In this document: positions 39,925 through 53,000 of the stretch, piece by piece | Position numbering within the stretch: position 1 is the stretch's first letter | Layout: each line of letters opens with the position of its first letter | Origin: Piromyces finnis finn | Taxonomy: Eukaryota > Fungi > Neocallimastigomycota | DNA length: 64,000 nt | Assembly: GCA_002104945.1 (NCBI GenBank) | Contig: MCFH01000011.1 | Coordinates: forward strand, 930,001 to 994,000 | Reading direction: 5' to 3' | Translations under genes and position numbers: made by a program | Notes under the pieces: model-generated | Seen by the model: the letters and a program-made list of their open reading frames with translations, nothing else | Told to the model about the DNA's origin: nothing | Database searches by the model: none

Positions 39925-41234
39925 ATAAAACTTTATAAATAAAAATACTTGTAAAAATATACTAGGAGCGTATAGAGCTCATATACAGAGTTTCAGTGTA
40001 TAATTAACTAGTTTCAGTTGGTTAGAAACTATAGCTGTTAATCACTGAAGTATTTGTAAAAGTAGGACGAGTGTGAATAGCACGCTTACTTGGGGGAAGG
40101 GATTGTTAGTGTGATAAAAAGCACGCAATACAGGACTCTCAAGTTGAATACTTTAGTGAACTCTGGCGAATAAGGAACTTTAGTCACCGAAGGCTAAAGG
40201 TTTGTCGTGAAGGTAAAGCGACATAAAAATATATAGTTTAAATTTATTTTGAGGTCTAGTATATCACCTCTAGTTAGTAGCTTTTGCCGGTTAATTAAAT
40301 TGTTGTAAGGCACTAAAAAGCAAAAAATAAATCCTGTAAATAAAGTTTTATATTTAATTATTTTTTTTAAAAAAAGAAAAAGAAATACATAAATTAAAGA
40401 TAAAAATTATTTAATAAAAATTATAAAATATAATCATCGGTCAAATAAAATTAAGAGTATTGTTATAAATTTTAAATAATAAAAGCAATAATATTGAGTT
40501 GTCTTTTTAGTTAATTTTCAGCGAAAAATAACTTTTGTTTATCTTTTCGGTTAATTAATTACTAAGATAATTAAAGTGTTTTATAGTAAGTTAGTAAGAG
40601 TGCAGTTTTATCACATATCGTGGGGGAGTAGAGCGCTAACTAATAAGTAAATATTACACCACTTAATATTTATGACGGTTAGTTAGTGGAGGTCGAAAGG
40701 CACGGTGACGAAACTGTCGGGTACTCTGAAGGTACTATAATAACATAATCAATATTATTTTCTGCTTTATAATAAAGAAATAAAAATAAACATCCTACTC
40801 TAAATTAAATATTTTTTTTTACAATACTAATATATAAATAACTTAATATAAATAAAATATATTCTTAACATTTTCTCAAAAAAAAATAAAATCTTCTTAA
40901 TTACAATAAAACTAAAGCAAGTGTCTACAAGTGTTTACAAACAACAACCAATTACTCCTTTTATATTACATTATATAAACGTTATATAAGATTATATTTT
41001 ATTAATAACAGTAATAAATAAAATACCTGTAAATAAAATTATATTATTGTAAATAAAGACTATTGTAAATAAAAACATATTACTGTACTTATAACTAAAT
41101 TATTGTAAATAAAGATTGTTGTAAATAAAAACATATTATTGTTCTTATAACTAAATTATTGAGAATAAATAAAAATTGAGTTTTTAAATAAAATATTAAA
41201 ATAAAATTAAATAAAATAAAAATAAAAAGTAATA

Positions 41235-42203
41235 ATGGATAATACTACTAAAGGTATTACCTTTAATAGAATACCTATTTTGGGTTCAACAAAGGTTGAA
41301 TTTGATGATTGGGAATTTTCTTTTAAACATTGGTGTAATTTATATAAGGTACCAGAACAAGAAAAGTTAGAATACCTTATATCATTAACTACAGGTACAG
41401 CTAGAACAATTGTAGTTAATGCATTAAATAAAGAAACACCAGATGATTATAATACCATCATCAAAAACCTTAAAAGTCATTTTAAAGGTTCAGTACCAAA
41501 GAATTCTAGATTATTAGAATTGTCTACTATTACAATAAAGAAAAATGAAAGTGTATCTGAATTCAATATTAAATTTGACTCTTTAATAAATAAAACAAAC
41601 TTAAAAATGTCAAATGAAATCATATTGTCCTACTATATTAATGCTTTTAGAAACCTTACTAAAACTTACGAAGCACTTTTAGAAGCTGAACCAAAAAGTT
41701 TAGAAGAAGCCAGAAACATTACTATTAAGAAAGAGAAAATTTTCAATATAGTTGAAGAAAATAGACCAAAAATAAGAACTTCCATTAGTTCTAGAAGGTC
41801 TCCAAATGATAATAATGCTCAAAGAAATAATGATAGAGCATATTCAAATAATTTTAATAGTTATAACCGAATGAATAACAATAACACTACTCAAAATAGT
41901 TTTAAAAATTATAATAATAGAAATTATACTAATAACTACAGAAATAATAATTATAATAGTAATATTCAAAATAATAACTACAATAATGATAACAATAATT
42001 ATTCAAGATTTAATAATATTAATCAAAACGTTGAGCAAAGAAAAAGTACCTTAAAATACCCACAAAATAATGATGATGAGTTAAAAGATATAACTCAAAA
42101 GCTTGCGGACCTAAAAATTAATGTTTGCTTAAATTGTAAAAGAATAGGTCATACTACGAATGATTGTCCAGAATTAGATGACGAATACAATCATTTAAAC
42201 TAA
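41235..42203 (+). CDS. gag: Gag of B
   Basis: 322 aa, CLNCKRIGHTTNDC knuckle, ends at T TTA AAC TAA. Confidence 0.9.
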   Translation: MDNTTKGITFNRIPILGSTKVEFDDWEFSFKHWCNLYKVPEQEKLEYLISLTTGTARTIVVNALNKETPDDYNTIIKNLKSHFKGSVPKNSRLLELSTITIKKNESVSEFNIKFDSLINKTNLKMSNEIILSYYINAFRNLTKTYEALLEAEPKSLEEARNITIKKEKIFNIVEENRPKIRTSISSRRSPNDNNAQRNNDRAYSNNFNSYNRMNNNNTTQNSFKNYNNRNYTNNYRNNNYNSNIQNNNYNNDNNNYSRFNNINQNVEQRKSTLKYPQNNDDELKDITQKLADLKINVCLNCKRIGHTTNDCPELDDEYNHLN

Positions 42204-45200
42204 ATAATGGGAGTAAGCAATCTCCCATAAAAACTAAAATTGCAAATAGTTCACAAAATACACAAAAAGCACAAATAAATTCTAATATCTCTAATGAAAA
42301 TAATTATTCTATTAATGCGGCTCAAAAGAAGAAAATAAATGTTAAAACATTAGATAAAAATAAAATATCACCAAATAATAAAAGTATTGTCAAGCCCTCA
42401 ATACTTAACCAACCTAACATTAGGAATTTAAAACAACAAAAGAAGGCTATTAGAGATACTCGTAGAAGAAAAATTAGTGAAGATAAAGATGAAGTTATGG
42501 AAGAAACCCCAAATGAAGAAATAGAAATAGAAAGTGAAGAAGAACAAAATAATACAAATGAAATACCTTTAGAAGAAGTTACTAATACAAAAGAACATAT
42601 CCAACCTATTGAAATTAATAACTCTAATGATTCTACCAATGAAGAAACTTTTAAAAATAATAATGAAACAAGTGATGTAAAAGTAAAGAAAAATTCTGTC
42701 AAAACCAAAGTAACCACAAAAAGAAATATGACAGAAATACAAATGTTAAAAACCAAAGATAAATTTAGTATAATTAAAGAAGCAAATAATTTATATCCAA
42801 AAATAAGTCTTTCCCAATTACTTTCTGCTAGTCCATCACTTAGAAAAGAATTAGAACAAGGATGTAAACCTAAAGTTGAAAAAGTGATGTACTCCTTTAA
42901 TAACTCTAATATTCCATTAATAATTGGTGATATAGATGGAAAATATTTAAAAATTCTTTATGATACTGGCGCAAATGTCAATATCATTACTACAAATGGT
43001 TTTAATAAACTATCAAATAAAAATATTGAAAAAAGTGATGAGGAACAAAATATAACTATTGCTAATGGTACTACTGTTCCTACAAATGTTTTTACTACTT
43101 TAAAAATAAATATTAATAATTGTTGTATTATTTTAGAAAAATTTTATATTATTGAACAAAGTAATCCATACTTTGATATAATTTTTGGAAGAGGTATTCA
43201 AAAGAAATACCGTTTATTTATTGACCCTGATGATGATTATATATACCAGAAAACTAAAAAAGGTTTAAAGAAAATTATCAATAGTAATGATAATGATGCT
43301 AATGATATTCCCTTAATGAATTCTATAATTATTTCAAAAGAAGAAAACCAAGAATTTCAAGATACGTTAAAAGAAATCTTAAATTCAACACCTGATAATA
43401 TTAAATCAAAATTTGAACACATTATAAATAAATATAAAAATTGTATGGCTACATCAATGTCTCAATTAACTACTGCGGATTTAGAACCTCATTCTATAAT
43501 TACTACTACTAATAAACCAATAAAATTAAAACCTTATAAATTATCTAAGGAACATGCTGATATTTTAAAAAGTGAAATTCTTTCATTACTTGATAAAGGT
43601 TTAATTACTCCTTCTCACTCTCCATGGTCATTTCCAGTTTTACTTGTACAAAAGAAAAATGGTAAATGGAGAATGTGTATTGATTATAGAAGACTTAATG
43701 AAATTACTATTAAGGATTCTTATGCACTTCCTTTTATTGATGAATTAATCTCTTCTGTTAATGGTGCAAAAATATTTTATGCTTTAGATTTATATTCTGG
43801 CTACCACCAAATTCCTATGAACCCAAATGATGTGAGAAAACTGCTTTTACAACAAAATTTGGTAATTATAATTTTAAAGTAATGCCATTTGGTTTAACTA
43901 ATGCTCCCGCTACTTTCCAGCGAGAAATGAATAGGATTCTCTTACCATTAATTGGTAAATGTCTTTTTGTTTACATTGATGATATTGTTGTTTATTCTAA
44001 ATCACCAGAAGAACATCTTTATCATTTACAACAAGTTTTTGAAATATTATCTAAATATAATCTTTCTCTTAATTTACAAAAATGTAAATTCTTTCAAGAA
44101 AAGGTAGAAGTACTAGGACATGTACTTACACCTAACGGATTAAAAACTGTTCCTTCTAAAGTTCAAAGTATTGCTTTATGGAATGCTCCAAGAAATGTTA
44201 ATGAACTAAGATCATTCCTAGGTTTAGCTAGTTACTACCGCAAATTTATTCAAAATTTTTCTATTAGAGCAAGCTCTCTTTTTAATTTATTAAAGAAAGA
44301 CCAAGAATATATTTGGTCACAAGAATGTAATAATGCTTTTGAAGATATCCGACAATGTCTATTAAGTGATCCTATTTTAAGTTATCCTGATTTTAATAAA
44401 GAATTTATTATTCGTACTGATGCATCAACTAATGGCATTGGTGCTGTACTCTTACAGGTGGAGGGGGACAAATTGGAACATCTAATTTGTTGTATTAGTC
44501 GTACTTTATCTACTTCAGAAAAGAATTATTCTGTTACTGACCTTGAAGGATTAGCTATTTATTATGCAATTCTACAATTTCGTCAATATATTATAAGTAA
44601 TAAAAATCCTACCATATTAATTACTGATCATAAACCATTACTGGGATTTTATAAAAAGAATATTCCATCAAAAGGTAGACATGCAAGATGGATTGAAGAA
44701 TTTAATAAATATAAAATTGAATTAAAATATGATAAAGGAAAGAAAAATGTTTTTGCTGATGCCCTTTCAAGATTACCTTCTAAAAATTCTGATGAAATAG
44801 TAAATTGTGCTTATGCAATTTTGTCTGATTTTAATCCAAGAGATTTAGACCTACCTGAAGGAATAAAAAAATATTTTACTAAAAATTATCAAGTTGTTGA
44901 TAATACTCTTTATTATAAAAAAGATGAATTATATCTTAAAGTTATTTACAAAGATGAAGATAAAAAAGATATTATTAGTCGTGCTCATTCTGTTGGTCAT
45001 GAAGGTGCTGAAAAGACCACAAATAGAATTTTAAAATCTTATTATTGGCCTGGTATTTGGAATGATGTTAGAATGTGGGTAAAGTCCTGTAGAAAATGTC
45101 AACTTTGTAGACCTAAGCCTTTACCTAAAAATACTGAAGATAATATAACCCCAATTGAACAACCATTTACTAGAGTCGGATTAGATATAGTTGGCCCATT

Positions 45201-46035
45201 ACCACTTACTAAACATGGAAATTCTTATATTATTACCCTTGTTGATTATTTCACTAAATGGGTTGAAGCTAAAGCAATTCCAAATATGAAATCAGAAGAA
45301 GTAATAAAATTTTTAATAGAAGTAATAACAAGACATGGTCCACCAGAAATAATTGTTACTGATAATGGAAGTTCATTTATTTCTGATATTACTAAAATGA
45401 TGATTGATTTATATGGATCATGGGTTCATTTTGTTTCTCCTCATCACCCACAATCTAATGGTATGATTGAGAATAGAAACAAAGAAATAGGAAAAACTTT
45501 AAGACTCTTAATTGAAAATGAATCTGAATGGGATGAATATCTACCATCTGCATTATGGTCACTTAGAACTACCAAAAATTCAAAAACAAAGTTTAGTAGT
45601 TTCGAATTATTATATGGTAGAAGAGACACATGGCCATTAGAAATAATGTTTCCTGATATTTATAAAGATCCTAATGAAACAGAAGAGGAATATATTTTTA
45701 GAAGATTTTTAAGGCATCAAAATTGGGTAAAACAAGCTACTGAATATTCTAATCATGCTAATCAATATTGGGAACATAGAATAGGTTTATCCAAAGCTTT
45801 AAAGAAGACTTATAAACCGGGTGATTATGTTATGATAAGATTAATAGGAAGAAGTAAATTAAATCCTTATTTTTATGGCCCTTATAAAGTTGTTAATAAA
45901 CAAAAATTTAATACTGTTGTACTTGAAGATCCACATACAGGAAAACTACTTGATAGAAATGTACATATTAAAAATATTTTTCCTTACGTTCTACCAGAAC
46001 AAAATTTAACTTCAAGGGACGAAGTTAATTCTTAA
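42200..46035 (+). pseudogene. pol: Pol of B (-1 frame from gag; single frameshift in RT near 43831)
   Basis: The -1 frame is open from the slippery site into ORF 42497..43882 (LYDTGA protease). An apparent 1-nt deletion at gatgt|gagaaaactgct breaks RT; ORF 43882..46035 has YIDD, RNase H and integrase. Confidence 0.88.
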
Positions 46036-46865
46036 AAGGCCGAGAAACTGATAAATGATGAAATTAATAAATATAAAATTATTATTATACCTGATTTTTA
46101 AGTTAACCCTAAAAGTAACTTAAAACAAGTTATAGTTTAATTAAGTACTTTACCAAAATTCTTAAATAAAATTAATCCTAAACACTGCATATATTTTGAT
46201 TATTGAAAGAAAATAATAAACTTTAATTAATCGAGATCAAAATATATAACTTTTGTTAAATTAATTGTTAAATTAAATATTTAATAACTTCGTTAGTAAA
46301 TTATACTTTAAAAGTAAACAAATATAATAATTCATGTTATAAAATAATATAATTAAACACCTTTATTAAAACATTAAAAATAATTATTACTTTAATTAAT
46401 TGTAAAATAAACAACTTTTTATATTCTTTAACTTTTAATTATTTCTTTTATTGTTATTTCTAATTACTTTTATTATTTTTATTGTAAATAGTTATTAATT
46501 TTATTGTTTTAATGTAAATAGTTTAAATTTAAAAGAAAATATAAATACATGTAAATATTCTTATTTTAGTCATTATTATTATTATTAATAAAGAAATATT
46601 ATATAGTTAGATTAATATTTTATAATTTTAATAATCACTTTTATACTTAAATAAATAAAAATTTTAAATATTTAAATATTAGAAAAACAAGTGTTTCTAA
46701 TAAAACCATTTAGTGTTTTAACAAAACAATTTTATTAATTTTTATAAAAACGATTTTAAATCTTAATCAATATAACTTATATAGTTATAACAAAAGATAT
46801 AATATAATAATCACTTTTTGAAGTAAAATTCAAAATTAAGATTATTATCAAATTATATCATTTTC

Positions 46866-47637
46866 TGATACAAGATGCATAGAAAAATATAATATTTTAA
46901 GTATTTCATGAATAATATCTAATCCTTTTATAAATTGTATATTAATTACTAGTGTTAATAATAATTAAACTATATTAGTATAAATTATTATGACGCAAAT
47001 GTTACACATATATTAGAATAATTAATTACACAAGAAACGAAAAGATATAAAAATAGTGATAAAGAACAATATATAAAAGAGGAGAAAACTTTTCGTTTAT
47101 AAATAATTTTTGATATTTTAGTTTTAAGTATAAGTTCTATTTTATTTTATTTTAGTTACAGTTTATTTTAGTTTAGTTTTAGGTCACTAATTACGCATTT
47201 AGTATTTACTATATTTAATTCAGTTTAAAATATTAATTATAAAAGAAAAGAATAATTATTGTTTATTTTTATTATTTCAAAAAGTTATATTTTATTATTA
47301 ATAAGAATTTTATCAACATATTTTTATATTTACATTTTATATTTAACTATTTATATTTATTAAATAATAACTTTCGATTCTACTAGTATTGAATGTTATT
47401 AATGTTATAATCATAATAATAATAATAATTAAATAAAGAAACTTTAAACCAAAATCTATTTAATTATATTATTATAAAATTTATTATTTTTATTATTTGT
47501 TTTTTTATTATTTATTTTTATTATTATAAAATAGAAATAAATACAATATTATCTAATATATTATTCAACTCTCATTCCCTATTGCTAACGTTCACAATTA
47601 TATTTTATTTATGGTGTTTTTGAAATATATTGCATCA
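46866..47637. mobile_element. Probable solo LTR, family I (single copy here)
   Basis: TGATACA...TGCATCA termini, TTTC on both sides, sandwiched between the B and A LTRs. Confidence 0.55.
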
Positions 47638-47641
47638 TTTC

Positions 47642-48263
47642 TGATAACGGATTGGTAGTTATATTACAACTTTTTAACTACTTCTTCTGTTATCTTATAT
47701 TGTTTTATCTCGACAGCTATTGTACGAGCTTTAACAATATCTACTAGTTTTATTAATTTATTTTAAGTTATTTTATAGTTTTAATAGTTTTATTATTTTA
47801 ATAATATTTATATAGAATAATAACACCAGATTTATTCTATAAAATATTATTTATTATTAACACAATAATTACAAATTAGACAAGTTTAATTTCGTTTTTA
47901 TATTTTCTTTTATTTATTGTTCTTACGCTCTTTTTAACAATAATTTTTATTATATAAAAACTTATTTTTGTCTTTTAAATATTATTATGTATTCACTAAT
48001 TAATTATATTAACTATTATTAAAATTTAACTTATTATTAATAATCTAAGTCTTCTTATTTTGTACTAAAAAAATATTATTATTCTTTATATTAAAAATTA
48101 TTTTTATAATTTAACTCAATCAAATATATAAATTTATAAAATATTTGATTTTATGTAAATTATATTTTTATAATAAACTATATAAAATTATTTAATAATT
48201 ATTTTATAATAAAATTTTCTACTAATATCAAATGTATAATATATTTATAATTATTATTTATCA
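47642..48263 (-). mobile_element. Solo LTR, family A
   Basis: Nearly identical to 10352-10972; no convincing TSD. Confidence 0.9.
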
Positions 48264-48318
48264 TTGTCAAAAAGCGATTTTTTATTAAAGAAAAGTGTGG
48301 TAAGCACACTAGTTATAT

Positions 48319-49344
48319 TGTCACGAATACTAGTGGAATCTACAATTTCAAGATCACTTGAAATTGTGAAATTACTTATAAAATTTCAAAATCAATAATA
48401 TTTTATTTTCAAATAAATTATAAAATTATATTAAGAAATATTTAAAAAATTTATAAAAGGTTAAGATATGACCTTAACCCTTAATATTTTTATAAAAAAT
48501 AACTTTAACCCTTATCGTCAAAATTAAATAAGGGAAAACACGTGTATCTCCTTAACGAATGGCGATTTTGGATAATTGTGTTTTGGGAGATTGTGGGTTC
48601 GTTAGAAAGCCACGCTTGAGATAAACAACATATCTTAAAATCAGGTCGATATCTCTGCTGGTTCACGAGATATTCCAATTTAAAGATATTTTGTTAGTAA
48701 TGATTAATTGTTTATTCAGAGAATGATCACCCCTGATGTATTGAACATAAATCATTCACCCAAAAGGATATAAATTATTGTTTTAATTAAATTAAAATTA
48801 TTTTCCGGAATTAATTAACTTTATTTTATAATAATTATTTCAATAACATAACTTATAATCTTTGAATTAAAAGATTATAATTACTAATATTATATTCAAT
48901 GAATTATATTACAATTAAGAAATAATTAATATTATGCATATATAAACAATAGTTATTTTTAATAATTAGTAATAAGTCTTAAGTTTAACCTTAGTATTAT
49001 AAAATATATTATAAAAATAATCATGTATTAAAAAGTTATTTTATTATTAAATGTAAAATTACAAATAGTATAAATAGTTTAGAATAGTTTTATGAAATTA
49101 AATCCTTGTAAAGATTATTACCTTATTAATACTTAATAAGTATTACTATTAAATAATCTCATTATTATATATATTCTTTAAATAAAATAAAAGGAAATTA
49201 TTTTAACTATAATACATAATTTAATTATTATTATTCATTTATAAAACAATTAAGATTATTTTAATAAAACATTTTTTCTATCTTTAATCTTTTATTTAAT
49301 TTAATATTTTAATATTAAATTATAAGTTTAGTAAAACTTTTACA
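48319..49344. mobile_element. Solo LTR, family C
   Basis: tgtcacgaatactag...aacttttaca with TSD TATAT. Confidence 0.9.
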
Positions 49345-50088
49345 TATATTAATTAACAAATATAATACGCTTTCCTATTGAAGGCGTAAAGCTAATAATA
49401 TTTATATAAAGAAAATTAAATAATATTTTTATTTTAGCAATAACTTAATATCAGCATATATTAAGTTATTAAAAATATTAAAATTTTTAAAGTTTTAGGT
49501 TTTATATGTAATGGCGACACAGAAAGAATAGATTAGGATATCTATTCTATTACAATAACACTAAATTTAAAAAAAAAATAAAAATTGTTTTATTAAAAAA
49601 TATCTTTTATTATAATAGAAATTTATTAATAACAATTACATCGATCAAAATGATGAAAAATATCTTCTATTTATATTTTTCCTAAGTACAATTATATTAT
49701 ATTATAACTATTTATTTCTTATATATTATTATTTAAAATCTACACTAAAATCTTAATTATTAATAAATATTTAAACTATAACTATTTTTAGTAAAATACA
49801 ATTGGCAATTCAAATTAAGTACCATTCAATTTGAATATGTGCCCATGTATTATTGATATATTAATCATTTATTATTTATATATTATTTATCTATTTCTAT
49901 GAAAAAACAATACTAAAACTAGGGATTTAAATTGAGAATTTTAATTTACTTATTAAACATTAAAAATAAATAAATAATTTATTTTGTTTTAAACTTTAAT
50001 TATTAATAAATAAATTATGTCTCATTTTCTTTTTCTGAATATAATTTGTGTAACTTAAACAATAATACTTGTGGCTTAAGTTACATTA

Positions 50089-53000
50089 TGTAATGAGGTA
50101 TATCTAATGATAAGGGTTAGACTAGAAAATCATTAAGGTTAGATTAATGAAAATTTCATAATTATATTTTTATAACCAATCATTAAGTAATTAATTCACT
50201 TATCAAATTGTATTAAAAAAAAAAAATAATTTTCATGTAAAAAAGAGAGAATAAGAAAGATAAAATAGTTCTTTAGTGTTTTTATTAATAATTAATAAAA
50301 ATTAGTTTTTTTTGTTTCGTCTTTAGTTTGATAATACACTGACCTAGCGAGTTAGTCGTATTATAATAATAAATTTAATAAATAAACATTATTAAAAAAA
50401 AATACATATATATTTGATACATTAGAGTGTGTGTGTTTATTATTATAATATTTCGTTACAATAAAAACACTCTAAGAAAAAGATCACTACCTCAGTGCCT
50501 CGTTTATTTGCTTACTTCTAATTTTTTTTATGGATAACTCTGTTGATTTGAAGAACGGTTTTGATGGCAACCGTCGCTACCTGAAGGGATTCTTAGCCAA
50601 AATGGACATGATCTTTATGATCCATCCTGAAATAGGAAGGGACGATGGAGAAAAGGTCTTCTACGTCGTTAGTCGCCTCTACGGGGATGCAATGAATTGG
50701 GCTGCTACCTTGATTAACAACCATGATCCTTGCTTACAGGATTATGGCGCCTTTGTTGGAAAGCTGAAGGCTGCTTTTGGTTTTCAGGATATGGTCTATA
50801 CTGCCAACCAAAAGCTCAAGAAGATCAAACAACATGGCCTATCCAATACTCAAGAGTATATCAAGGAATTTAACTACTATACCGATGAATCCACTTGGAA
50901 TGAACAAGCCAAGATGGATGCTTTTGTTGATGGGTTGGACGATAGAATCGCCACCCATATCCTTCAGATGTTTCCTGGCCCCTCTACCTTGATAAACTTA
51001 CAAACAATAGCCAGTCGTATAGGAAGTAGATTGGCATGCCACCAAGAGGAAATAAACAGAAGATCCAATAGAAGTTTCCGTTCTAAACAAAGCTTCCAAT
51101 CCCGCTCCTCAGAAAGATCTACAAGTAAATCCACTCAGCCCAAGAAGGAAAATAATTTTGGCCCCATTTCAAGTGAAGAACGTAGCCGCCGAATGAAAGA
51201 GAATCTCTGCTTATATTGTGGTAAACCTGGTCACCGATTATCTGAATGCCCTATTAGAACCAAAAAGGAAAACCATACTAATAATGCTGGGGTCCATGTT
51301 TTGAATGAACAAAAAAAATCCACTCGACTTTCGGATAACTCCTCTTTACCTCAAACTGTTATCGATGTTGATGTTGTTCTTCCATACAAATCTGTCGGAA
51401 CTAAAGTTCTCTTAGATAGTGGTTCACAATTCTGTTTGATAGACCACGCCTTTGTTAAGGCCCATGAGATCCCTATAATTACCAAAGTAAAATGCCCACA
51501 AATTATAGGTATCGGAGGTCACCAAAAGATTATCGGCCAGACTTGGCCTATAACTGTGGAACACATGAATCACTCATGCCAGTTACAATTTTACGTCGTA
51601 GAATTGCCTTCTTACTGTTGTATTCTTGGCTCTGATTGGCTGGCCCTTCACAATCCGACAATCAATTTTGCTAGTAAGGACGTTTCCTATCATTCTGAAT
51701 ACTGTAAGGAAAATTGCTTAAGGAAAGAATCTGCTAGCTCTACCACTTCTGAACTCGAAGACCAATCGAAGGACGAAATGTCAGTTGGAAATACACCTGA
51801 ATACCCTTTCAATGTATTCACTTGTTTAGAAGAACCTGAAGTTGAGTCACCCCAAATTCCAATTCACTACTCTCAACACTCCAAAGTGTTCGAGGAAAGG
51901 CTCGCTGATAAACTCCCTCCTCATCGCACGTACGACTGTGAGATCAACCTGAGACCAAATAGCAACTTGTTTTATGGTCCAATCTACCGACTTACTGAGA
52001 AAGAATCAAAGGTATTAGAAGAAACCATTAATGAAAATTTAAAAAAGGGGTTTATCCGCAAATCCAAATCGCCAGCTGGTGCTCCCGTTCTGTTTGTCCC
52101 GAAGAAGAGTGGAGAACTTCGTATGTGTATCGACTACCGCCGCTTGAACGAAATCACCATTAGGAACTCGTACCCTCTCCCATTGATCCAAGACATGTTG
52201 GATCATCTAGGAAAAGTTAAGGTGTTCTCGAAGCTAGATCTTCGATCCGCCTATAACTTGGTAAGAATCAAAGAAGGCGATGAATATAAGACCGCCTTCA
52301 CCTGTCAATTTGGCCATTTCGAATATCTGGTAATGCCTTTCGGTCTCAAGAACGCTCCTGCAGTCTTCCAACATTTTATTAACGACGTTCTTGGAGGCAT
52401 TATCGATAAATTCGTCTTTTCGTATATTGACGATATTATCATTTTCTCTGATAATATAGCCGAACATCATGAACACGTCAATGAAGTCCTTCGTAGACTC
52501 GAAGAAGCCGGACTGTACGCTAAACTTGAAAAATGTCTATTCGACTCTCCTTGTCTTGACTTCCTTGGTCATAGAATCTCTGCCTCTGGTATCGGAATGG
52601 ACCCTAATAAGGTGAAAGCCATTGCGGAATGGCCGACTCCTAAATCGGTCCATGAACTACAATCTTTCCTAGGCTTAGCCAACTATTATCGTAGATTTAT
52701 TCCTGGCTTTGCTAAGATTGCTCACCCACTCCACCAACTTTGCAAGAAGAACACCGCCTTCGTTTGGAACGATACCGCTCAAGATGCTTTTGATGCTTTG
52801 GTTAAGCATTTTATTAGTCAGCCTATCCTTGCATATCCTGATGTTGACCTACCTTTCGTTGTCGAAACCGATGCAAGTAACTTCGCCATAGGTGCTGTAT
52901 TGTCTCAAGTCAACAAGTCCGACAATATTCTTCACCCTGTTGCGTTCTTTTCTAGATCCCTTACAAACCCGGAGAAGAACTACCCTATCTATGATAAAGA

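Larger units (their letters stand above)
38478..46860 (+). mobile_element. Ty3/Gypsy LTR retrotransposon, family B, full length
   Basis: Near-identical LTRs 38478-39285 and 46049-46860; PBS TGGTCCTTCGAACCGG at 39287; ~1.95-kb leader; gag and pol; purine-rich tract before the 3' LTR. No clean TSD. Confidence 0.93.

Noticed and set aside
40685-40735. Hammerhead ribozyme in the B leader (GACGAAAC...GTC...CTGAAG)
   Set aside because: Only one nucleotide separates GAAAC and GTC, so stem III cannot form, and the CUGANGA box is wrong.
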